Positions 53,712-64,000 of a stretch of 64,000 bases of DNA are shown piece after piece. How positions within the stretch are numbered: the first letter of the stretch is position 1; every line of letters begins with the position of its first letter. A program made the position numbers and the translations under genes. The DNA comes from Octopus vulgaris (lineage: Eukaryota): contig OX597818.1 in the NCBI GenBank assembly GCA_951406725.2, positions 44,082,001 to 44,146,000 on the forward strand, given 5' to 3'. The notes below the pieces were generated by a model. It saw only the letters and a program-made list of their open reading frames with translations, was not told the DNA's origin and made no database searches.

Positions 53712-53737
53712 TAGATAGATGGATGGATGGATGGATA
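53511..53737. repeat. Compound (TA)/(CA)/(GA)/(GATA) microsatellite
   Basis: Directly visible. Confidence 0.95.
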
Positions 53738-54021
53738 GAAAGCTGTAACCAAAATACAATGTATTATAAGAAATATAACTACTCACTTCAACAATTTGCA
53801 CAGATTTTATTGAATAAATGAGAATGAAGATAAGACATAGTAATTGAATTTCAAATACATTAATGGTTGCTCCTAAATTTAATCAAATCATAAATTATAA
53901 TGATTGACATGCATTGCAAAGATAATAGTATATGGTAAATATTTTTCAACAATAAGGTATGCATTAAATTGGTAAATAGCACAAGATTTTAAAGCATAAT
54001 CCAAAATAACAATAAACTATA

Positions 54022-54313
54022 TTTCGAGTGAGGTCGTTGCCAGTACTGCTGGACTGGCTCCTGTGCAGGTGGCATGTAAAAAACACCATTTGAGCGTGGC
54101 TGTTGCCAGTACCGCCTAACTCGCTCTCATGCCAGTGGTATGTAAAAGCCCCCACTACACTCTCGGAGTGGCTGGCATTAGGATGAGCATCCAGCTGTAG
54201 AAACTCTGCCAGATCAGATTGGAGCCTGGTGCAGCCATCTGGTTCGCCAGTCCTCAGTCAAATCATCCAACCCATGCTAGCATGGAAAGCAGACGTTAAA
54301 CGATGATGATGAT
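54022..54313 (+). mobile_element. (ATG)n-tailed module copy
   Basis: Core motif and GAT tail. Confidence 0.88.
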
Positions 54314-54987
54314 GTAAATTTTTCATTGATGATAGTAAGTTATCATCCCAGTGTTTGTTGATACCAAGTGGCTCTGTGTGATTATAGCAATGACTTGATC
54401 ATGATTGGTAAAGAGTGACTGATGATGGTGGCAATGCTTACCCCCAGCCTATTTACCCCATCAATCTTCTTCCTCCCCCATATTTGATCTACCACCCATC
54501 ACTTCCTCTATCATCTGTGAGCAGTATAGGCACATACTACATCCCCTGACTTTCTCAGTTACTTCCCCAACCAGTTACTCCCCCAACCACCCATCACAGT
54601 TACCATTCTTTCCCTGCCTTGTCTCTACCAATCTTCCTCTTTCCTCTTCCTCCCTGTGCTGCTCTCCATCATCAACACCTTGCTTCCTGCTATCACCCGA
54701 AATGTCTTCACATATCTACTGCAACCCCTGCTGCTGAGCCTCTTCTATATTTTCCCCCCATCATTTGCTGCAGTTACCTCATCCTGCCCACTCACTCAGC
54801 CCAAGCCACACCTATTCTCACAACCCTCAATGTCCTTCCAGGGCATGTCCTGACACATCTTTGCCATCATCTCTCTCACTATCCGTCTCTTTATCTTACT
54901 CTCTAACCCACTCTTTGTTTTCTAACTGGGGTATCCATGCATCTATGCTACAAGAAGATGCCTGAATCTGTCCTTTCTATGCCTTAA

Positions 54988-55196
54988 CCCATTTGATACA
55001 AACCCGCCTGCAACCGCCCATGGCTCTGTAGATTTTAAAAGTTCTGAATTAAAATCTTTCAACAAACCTTAGTCACAATTTATGTTCCTAACACTAGCTT
55101 AATGATAACTAAATTATTTTACTAAATTCTTTGTTATATTTAAAATTAATTGAAAGAAACACAAAGCATCCCAACAGAAATATGGTAACAAAAGGG
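54988..55196. mobile_element. piggyBac-type MITE, same family
   Basis: TTAA|CCC...GGG|TTAA, internal match to 18818-19042. Confidence 0.88.
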
Positions 55197-56356
55197 TTAA
55201 ATCTCTCAATAGGCATAAAGTCACACACCCTCAATACTACTCTGACCTCCATTCTCAGTTGAGGAGTTTTTGTCTTGCAAGGTACCTGGTGACCCTATTG
55301 GTGCTGGTGCCACATTAAAAGCACTAGTAATGGTACCACATAAAAAGCATTGTTGATGGTTCCGCATGAAAAGCACGGGTGCTGGTCATACATAAAAAGC
55401 ACTCAGTACACTCTATAAAGTGGTTGGCATTAGGAAGGGCATCCAGACATAGAAATCATGCCAAAATGGACAATGGAACCTGGTGTTGCTCCTGGCCCTG
55501 CCAGCTCCTGTCAAACCATCCAACCTATACCAGAATGGAAAACATATGTTAAATGATAATGATGATGGTGAAGATGATGATGATGAAGACGACAATGATG
55601 ACAACGACGATGAAGAAGAAGTCATCAGACATATTCAATGTGTGTGTAACTGGTCAGCAATTGTGCCGGATAATCTTTTAATTGGATCTAATCCTTGTCT
55701 GAATCAAATACACAATTGAACTGAGTTTCTTTGTAATTGCACCACAGATCTATTTTGCTTTTGATAATCCCTGATAAACACCAATTGTCCAATACATAAT
55801 TTATTGGATCAAACAGACTCCAAAGAGATTGATGTTCATCTGCATTGGAAAGACACGTATTATTTAGTAAAATCAATAAAACAAATGTAGTGAACTTGCC
55901 ATGGAGAATGGGAAAGCCAATGTTTTGGACAGAGGCCTTCTTCAGAGAAAAGTTGACAGGAAAAAAATTAATGAAATTATTGAAGACAGCAAATTTTTAC
56001 ATCCTCTGAGTTAAAAGAAAAAGCAAAAAACTGTGGCTAGTTGTTTTAACTTAGGGGCTATAAAACTTTATTCTGTCTCATTAAATTCTCTCCGTTTCCC
56101 TGAAGACATACTATTTGAAATGTTGGATTTTCCTCTCCTCATTACGAGTTCATTGTACTTTTTATTTTATTGATTTAACCATATAATTTATTTGAACTGT
56201 TTATTTGTTTTCCATTTGATCGTGGTTTAACAGCAATAATAATTATTTCAAGTTTTGACACAAGATCAGAAATTTGTGGGGAGAGGGTAAGTCGATCCCA
56301 TTGACTTCAGTGCGCAACTGGTTTTAATGAGCTTTTAGCCCACTAATTCAATATAA

Positions 56357-56765
56357 TGTCCGGTCATCCTTTGATAGCTGCAGGAATTAATCCAGTGAGA
56401 AACAACAACAATTCGTATGAGTTTTCAAAGCCTTCATGTACATGGTATATTTATTCCAGTCCGAGAGGAGAGCATTCATACACAGCTTGTATATTTAACA
56501 TTTAACAGAACAGGATGGAAGTTGAATAAGAAAAGGTTTTCATCTTGCCACCTTCCATGTCTGGTATAGTGGATTCAACTCAGTTCAAATCAATGCGGAG
56601 TAGTCCAGTAGCAGGAACAGAGCGGGAGACGATGCAGTTAGCTGCAGGCTGCTTTGGACAGCAAAAGAGGCCGTCTTGGCTGTGCGCGTCTTTTTATCCC
56701 TATCTCACGAGCGCCACCTCGTTGTTAATGATGTGACCAGGGTAGATAACTCTGGATGACCCACA
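56357..56765 (-). mobile_element. Probable solo LTR
   Basis: TG...CA ends with inverted repeat TGTCCGGTCATCC / GGATGACCCACA. Minus-strand GATAAAAA (TATA-like) followed by AATAAA. Flanks ATAA/TTAA. Confidence 0.65.
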
Positions 56766-57741
56766 TTAAGTCATGGATTCAACTAAGGTTGCCTACATGG
56801 TACTTATTTTATTGACCCTGTAAGGATGAAAGGCAAAGATGAACTTTGGCTGAATTTGAACTCAAAGCATAAAGATGGATGAAATGCTGCTAAGCATTTT
56901 GTGCAATGTGCTAATGATTCTTATTTCTTTATTGCCCACAAGGGGCTAAACATAGAGGGGACAAACAAGGACAGACAAACAGATTAAGTCGATTACATCG
57001 ACCCCAGTGCGTAACTGGTACTTAATTTATCGACTCCGAAAGGACGAAAGGCAAAGTTGACCTTGGCAGAATTCGAACTCAGAACATAGTGGCAGACGAA
57101 AATACGGCCACGCATTTTGCCCAGTGTGCTAACGTTTCTGCCAGCCAATGTGCTAATGATTCTGACAGCTCATGACCTTCAAAGCAATAATGACACAATA
57201 GTTTATTGCACTTCACTGAATGATTTTCCTATCCAATGTCCGATGTGTTGCAGACAATGAGAACAAAATATTTTGATTGCACTCCAACCAACAAATGAAT
57301 TTTATGGCATGCTGTTTGGGATTTTCTGTTTGAACAATGCACTTTGCTTCACCATTTGAAAACACAATGGGAAACAAGTGACTTCTAATGTTTAATGCCC
57401 ACTTATTTTGCAAAACCTCTTGAATTTAGATGACATAACATAAGTACCATTCTTGGCTAGAAATGTCTCAGGCAGTCCTTTAGTGGTGAAAATTTTTACA
57501 CTGTTGTTAAAGTTTCATGTGTGGCTGTGTGGTAAGAAGCTTGCTTCCCAACCACATGGTTCTGGGTTCAGTCCCACTGTTTGGCATCATGGGCGAGTAT
57601 CTTTTACTATAGCCTTGGCCCAACCAAAGCTTTGTGAGTGGATTTGGTAAACAGAAACTGAAAGAAACCCATCATTACATGTGAACTGTTGGCAATTTTT
57701 TTCCTCCTTCTTCCTTTTCTTTTGGACTTTCCTGTGTTTCC

Positions 57742-57778
57742 TGTTTCTGAAGAAGAGCTTTGCTCGAAATGTAAAACA
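57742..57778 (+). ncRNA. Minimal type I hammerhead ribozyme-like motif (likely decayed)
   Basis: TGTTT-CTGAAGA-A-GAGC ttt GCTC-GAAA-TG-TA-AAACA: stem I, core, stem II and minimal stem III. Confidence 0.6.
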
Positions 57779-58679
57779 ACCACTCTTTCTTTCCTTCTCT
57801 CAGTGTCTTATTAACACTTTGCATGTACCGTGTCCTTGCATTGTTGTTTTTCCTTGTCTTTTTCTTTGTTTTTTTTTTTTATTAAATATATATATAAATA
57901 AATAAATGCAACTTTTAAAGCCCAGCCAAGCTCATGGGCCCGGTTTCCCAGTTTCTAAGGCATATGAGTTCCCCAGCCAGTCCATCGCAGCGTTACTCAT
58001 TTTTGCCAGCTGAGTGGACTGGAGCAATGTGAAATGAAGTATTTTGCTCAAGAACACAATGCGTCGCCCAATCCAGGAATCGAAACCACAATCTTACGAT
58101 CATGGTGCTGACACCCTAACCACTAAGCCATGTGCCTCCACAATTATACATATATACACACATATATATATATTTTTTTTGATATAGGGTAAAATCTATA
58201 ATTATTTTACCAGGTGGTCAGTGCAAAAATAAAAACCTCAATAGATACATTTTACAAAATATTTTATAATTATATATGTAATTATAACAAGGGTTTGGCT
58301 TTATGCCTTACCTCGCACTGCTAGAAATAGAAGCTAAAGTTTCTATTACCACCTTAAAATCTCCAAGAAATAACACACTATATTGTTATTTCTTGGAGAT
58401 TTTAAGGTTAGCTTCTATTTCTAGCAGTGCGTGGTGAGGCATAAAGCCAAACTCGTTATAATTATGTATATAATTATAAAACATTTTATATAGACATATA
58501 TATATATATGTATACATTTATGTATGTGTCTGTGTTTGCCTCCCGCCATTATAAGACAACAGGCATTGGTGTGTTTATGTCCCCGTAACTTAGCAGTTTG
58601 GCAAAGGAGACTGATAGATTAAGTACTAGGCCTAAAATAATCCTAGGGCCAATTTGTTCGACTAAAGACCCTGTAAGGT

Positions 58680-58893
58680 GATCATTTTGGCCGCCATGGG
58701 TTTTGCAGTAAATCAGTAAATCATCCATAACTTTTGTATTATCCTCTCAAATTACACCAAAATCTCAGACAATAACAATTAATATTGTATTTATTGTCTG
58801 TGAAAATTATAGAATATAAAACTACTTTGATAAAAATTTATATCTGCTTTTCTGACGAAAACAATGCCGTTCTGAACATTTTGGCCGCAACTG
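58680..58893. mobile_element. Tc1-like terminal fragment
   Basis: Ends ...CATTTTGGCCGCAACTG|TA, with an internal direct repeat CATTTTGGCCGC at ~58683. Confidence 0.55.
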
Positions 58894-59901
58894 TATATAT
58901 TATATATATCGTTTGTTTTTACTGTTTTGTTCTCATTGTCTTGTCTTTTACTGTTTTTACTTTTTTATTGTTTTTACTGTTTTGTTCTCACTGTCCTGTT
59001 CTTGTTACCACTTTCACCCTCCGCAAAAATCCCAAATTTTATTTAATTTGCTTTGCAGGAAGGACTGTTTCAATGAAGCCACGTCTTGTCCTTACCTTTG
59101 AAACACGGAGTAGATGAAACAGGGACAACTGAAGAAGGGGAATATTCTTTATGTTGCATGTCTCGTTTCTCTGGGTTTTTTTTGTTGTTTGAAAAAGAGT
59201 TTGTTTCTATGTTTTTGTTTTTATGTTTTCGTTTCTCATTGTGTTCAACGTCTTTTTGATGTCCGTACCCATATATGCATGTATATATACATATATATGT
59301 AGGTATGTACATATATGTATGTATATATGCATATATTTATATATTATTTATATATATATATCACACATGTACACACACACACATATACGTACATAAATAT
59401 ATGCATATATAGATAATTTGACTCTTTCATCTCTGTTGCATTTTTGGCCAGTAACAGTATGTATATCTTGTTTGTTTTATTTGAGCAATGACTTTCGTGC
59501 AGTTGGTTTAAAAAATTTATTTTGTTGTACTTGCAGAATAACAATTAGGAAAATTGCACTGTGAAATTAATAAATTCCTCTGATAATTGATTGCGTCATG
59601 TTTTATGCAATAGTCTCTTAGATCTTCATCTTCAATATTTAGCTTTTTTCTTGCTAACTATCATCGAGGAATTGTTTAATTTGAATAATATTGATATCAC
59701 ACTTCATGGCTGATTCAGTTTCTTTAGTGATAACCAGCTATCCATCAAGACTTCCATCAAGACTTCCATCAATTATTTGATGTGATTTAGAATCCAGATA
59801 AAATAAAATTTTTATAACTTACCCCAAAATCAAAATTCTGGCCAGTCAGCAGTTTTGACACCTTCTCTGTTTCCTCATGTTGTCTTGAAGATTATATCAT
59901 A

Positions 59902-59958
<57 letters not shown>

Positions 59959-60290
59959 TGTGATCACCATGACCGACCAGGCTATCGGATGTTGCTACAC
60001 ATCGCTGGTCACAATGCGCTTCACATTGTTTTAGCCTTCAAATGATGCCACCCCGCTGGCTAAGCGAGCAGGCCAACAGAAGAAAGAGTGAGAGAAAGCT
60101 GTGGCAAAAGAGTACTGCAGGGATTGCCACCACCCCCTGCCGGAGCCTTGTGGAGCTTTTTAGGTGTTTTCGCTCAATAAACACTCACAACGCCCAGTCT
60201 GGGAATCAAATCCGTGATCCTATGACCGCGAGTCCGCTGCCCTAACCACTGGGCCATTGCGCCTCCACATATATATATATATATATACAT

Positions 60291-60328
<38 letters not shown>

Positions 60329-60879
60329 GAGTGTGTGTGTGTATGTGTATGTGTATGTGTGTGTGTGTCTTTGTTTGTCCCCCACCACCCCTTGACAACT
60401 GGTGTCGGTGTGTTTATACCCCAGTAACCTAGCAGTCTGTCAAGCGAGTTCAATAGAATACAGTCCAGGTTTTAAAAAAAGGTATTGTAGGGGAGCGATT
60501 CATTCAACTAAAAGACTGCTTCAAGGCAATGCTCCAGCATGGCCAGAGTCAAACCACTGAAACTAGTGAAAGATACAAAATAAATCTCATTTTTTAAATG
60601 ATATTCTAAGTCATAACCTTTAAGATAGCCAATCTGCATCCCAAAGATTGACTGTCTATATCAGGTCCAGAAAATATTTCAGTCCCACCAAGAATTGCTG
60701 ACACTCTACAGAAGTTATATGGGGGCGGGGCATAATAAAGTACTGCTCTGATATACTAGGGACAGAATTACTGCTATGCACACAAAACATCTTGGACTGT
60801 ATCCAGAGAAGGGCCACTTGACTAATTGATAATGCAATCGTTAACAGACATGTTCCAGCCATTTGTTCATGGACATGCT

Positions 60880-61030
60880 TCCTCCTCCTCCTCCTCCCCT
60901 CGTTCTCCTCCTTCCTCGTCCTCCCCTTCCCTCGTCCTCCCCCTCGTCCCCCTCGTCCTCCTCCTCGTCCTCCCCCTTGTCTCTTTCCCCCCTCCCCACA
61001 TCTCCCCATCTCCCCCTCCTATCCCTCCCC
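60880..61030. repeat. (CCT)-rich low-complexity tract
   Basis: Directly visible. Confidence 0.9.
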
Positions 61031-61284
61031 TCCTGCCTTCTCTTCTGTCTCTACTATAATCGCTTCTGTTCCTCAGAAGTGGCCAACCTCATACTTATAC
61101 CATTCGAGCGTCCATAACCCAACCCATTTGTCTCCCCCCACCTCTTCTTGACAACATATTAAATGTTTATAGCCAATTCTTTCTCAATAAATATGGACCC
61201 ATTTTAAAATCAATGACAATAGATTCCAAATTTTATGGTCATTAATTTCCAACTTTAATGTTTAACTGGAATTTTCCTTGAAAT

Positions 61285-61693
61285 TATCATCAGCATCATC
61301 ATCACCATCACCACCATCATCACCATCACCACCACCATCATCACCATCATCATCACCATCATCATCATCATCATCATCATCATCACCATCACCATCATCA
61401 CCATCATCATCCTCATCATCACCATCATCATCATCATCATCATCATAATCATCATCATCATAATCATCATCATCGTCATCATCATCATCATCATCATCAT
61501 CACAATCATCATCATCATCATCATCATAATCATCATCATCATCATCATCATCGTCATCATCATCATCATCATCATCATCACCATCATCATCATCATCGTC
61601 ATCATCATCATCATCATCATCATCATCACCATCACCATCATCACCATCATCATCCTCATCATCACCATCATCATCATCATCATCATAATCATC

Positions 61694-61724
<31 letters not shown>

Positions 61725-61741
61725 TCATCACCATCATCATC

Positions 61742-61811
<70 letters not shown>

Positions 61812-61830
61812 CAATCATCATCCTCATCAT

Positions 61831-61862
<32 letters not shown>

Positions 61863-62050
61863 TTCCCACCACCACCACCACCACCACCACCACCACCACC
61901 ATCATCATTATCATCATCATCATCATCATGAGCAGCAGTAGCACCACCACCACAACCATCAACATCATCATCATCACCATTATCATCATTATCATCATCA
62001 TAAACAGCAGCAGCAGCACCACCACCACCATCATCTTCATCATCATTATA
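61285..62050. repeat. Compound (ATC)n/(ACC)n/(AGC)n microsatellite, ~770 bp
   Basis: Directly visible trinucleotide array. Confidence 0.97.
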
Positions 62051-62846
62051 ATTACCATTATGTAGTAAGCTGATAGAATTATTATTATTGTGCTGGGCAA
62101 AATGCTCAGTGGCATTTTGTCTGTCTTAACGCTCTGAATTCAAATCCTGCCAAGGTTGACTTTGCCTTGCATCCTTTCAGGATCCATAAAATAAGTATCA
62201 GTTGGACACTGGGGTCAAAGTAATTGATTTAACCCCTCCCTCAAAACTACTGGCCTTGTGCCAAAAGTCGAAACCATTATCCTCATTATTATTGCATGAA
62301 GGCGGTGAGCTGGCAGAAACGTTAGCACGCCGGGTGAAATGCTTAGTGGTATTTTGTCTGCTGTTATGTTCTGAGTTCAAATTCTGCCAAGGTTGACTTT
62401 GCCTTTCATCCTTTCAGCGGGTTGATAATCTTGGTTTCCTTTTTTCTTTAATCTACCACAACAATGTCTGGTCTCTGAGCATTGATTAGGGAGTCACAAT
62501 GGATTGTAAAATCCTGCAAGATCTTTTATCCATTGTTCTCAATGATGCCTTCTGGTTCATCTTTGCACCAATTTTATGCTATGCTCAGTATTATTATCAT
62601 CACTGTCATTATTATTATTATTATTATTATTGAGTGAGAGAGCAGTGCATGCCATCAAAGTGACTCTGGGGTAAAATATACGAAGCCCAGTATACCCATC
62701 ATGACTACCCGTCTAATAAGGGTACACCAGGCACATGCATCACAACCATATGTGCGTGACATGGTGATATCATATCAAGATAAACAGCACATGACCTTGC
62801 AGGTGGGGCCCAGTTAGAATTTTCTTCAGATCGAGTAACCCATCCT

Positions 62847-62847
<1 letters not shown>

Positions 62848-62883
<36 letters not shown>

Positions 62884-63790
62884 CTTCTTTCAATTTTGTT
62901 TCCATTTCTTGCCAAATGTCTTCCCAACACCTAGGGCAAAGAAACTCACTTATACATTGGTAGGCCATTAAAATAAACACATAAGATTGTTCATTTACAA
63001 AGTCATGTGAAAGAAAATAAAAAAAGGGAAGAAAGACAGGAAAAAAGAAGAAAAAATGAAAAAAGAAAACAAAATAAGGGGAAAAAGGAAAAAAAATTAC
63101 AGCGACTATGCTCCTCTCAATATGCAAGATGTACCAGTTAAAACAATTTTTTGCACTTTCTGCACAGATGGTAAGCCAGAGATCACCCTCAAATGATCTT
63201 CAGTTGTCTTTTTGATCACTTCAAGTGCTCTGAGAATCACTGGTATTGTAACTATCTTGAGATTCCACATTTTTTTTATTTCAGTCAGCAAATCTTTATA
63301 TTTTCTGAGCTTATCAAATTCTTTTGCCAAGATATTATAAACACAAGACATGCTTATGTCAATGAACAAACAGATTTTATTGTTTTGGTCTTTTACAACA
63401 ATATCTGGTTCATTAGCTTTGATGATCCTTTTGTATGTACTGGAGAGTCCCAAAGAAGTTGACCTTTGCATCCATATGAGCCCCGTCAGCACCCTTTTTG
63501 TTCAGTGGAGAAAATATTGTTCTGTTCCATAAAGGCATATGTTTTCTCCATGAGGATGAATGTTAAAATTTTATGTGGTGAATAGACAAGTTATGGGCTC
63601 ATAGTTTTGGAGAATTTAGTTTCATTATTCTTTGGAAGTGGGCAAATAATACCACTTGCTAGCCAATCAGGTATTTTCTTAGGATCTCTCATAATCTCAT
63701 TGAATAGCTGAATTAACTTTGCATGTGTGCATGCGAGAGATGTGAGCCAAAAATTTGGCACTCTATTTTTACCAGGGGCTTTCCAGTTAT
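62848..63790 (-). mobile_element. R4/Dong-like (RLE-type) LINE remnant ending in (TAA)n
   Basis: NWKAPG..RVPNFWL...IPDWL..G....LPK and ANEPDIVV.D....C..IDI....KE.DKL.KYKDL..EI.KMW....IPVI..AL (PD..D restriction-like endonuclease). TAA tail at ~62848-62882. A related fragment (QRPDIVVVD) lies at ~62420-62580. Confidence 0.85.
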
Positions 63791-63794
63791 AAGT

Positions 63795-64000
63795 ATGTAA
63801 AAAGCACTGGTGATGGTACCATGTAAAAAGCACTCAGTACACTCTGTAAAGTGGTTGGCATAAGGAAGGGCATCCAACTGTAGAAACCTTTCCAACACAG
63901 TCTATGTAACCTGGTGCAGTTCTTTGACTGGCCCTGCCACCTCTTATCAAACTGTTCAACCCAGGCCAGCATGGAAAACTGACATTAAATAATGATGATG
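63795..64000 (+). mobile_element. Older (ATG)n-tailed module copy
   Basis: Diverged core motif and GAT tail at the window end. Confidence 0.8.

Noticed and set aside
60656-61117. Gly/Arg-rich and Pro/Ser-rich ORFs
   Set aside because: Products of the (CCT)n low-complexity tract.
61255-62115. 286-aa poly-Met/Val ORF
   Set aside because: Translation of the (ATG)n microsatellite; no coding complexity.

Overview
AT-rich, repeat-dense eukaryotic DNA. The SINE/LINE set most resembles a coleoid cephalopod such as Octopus; this is inferred from repeat recall, not from a database search. One convincing host coding exon is present: a 901-nt, Ser/Thr-rich first exon on the minus strand (37068-36168) in a CpG-retaining region. 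The left ~36 kb is probably mostly its introns, and I can only offer weak downstream exon candidates. About 340 bp from its ATG, in head-to-head orientation, lies a decayed but correctly spliced piggyBac (PGBD-like) transposase gene. The rest is nested mobile DNA: RTE LINEs and their (ATG)n-tailed 3' module, several tRNA-like SINE families, CR1/Jockey-like and R4/Dong-like LINE remnants, Helitrons, Merlin-like, piggyBac, hAT and Tc1/mariner elements, a solo LTR, Penelope-like ends with minimal hammerhead motifs, and microsatellites. The most notable observations are (1) a full-length U6 snRNA fused to the RTE-type 3' module, inserted as one unit into an older RTE ORF; (2) a minisatellite carried in on the same module; (3) a ~305-bp direct repeat that fits a giant target-site duplication; (4) the piggyBac/host divergent promoter; and (5) several long foldbacks. 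Most ORFs in the supplied track are spurious. Coordinates were counted by hand, and ends of decayed repeats are approximate.
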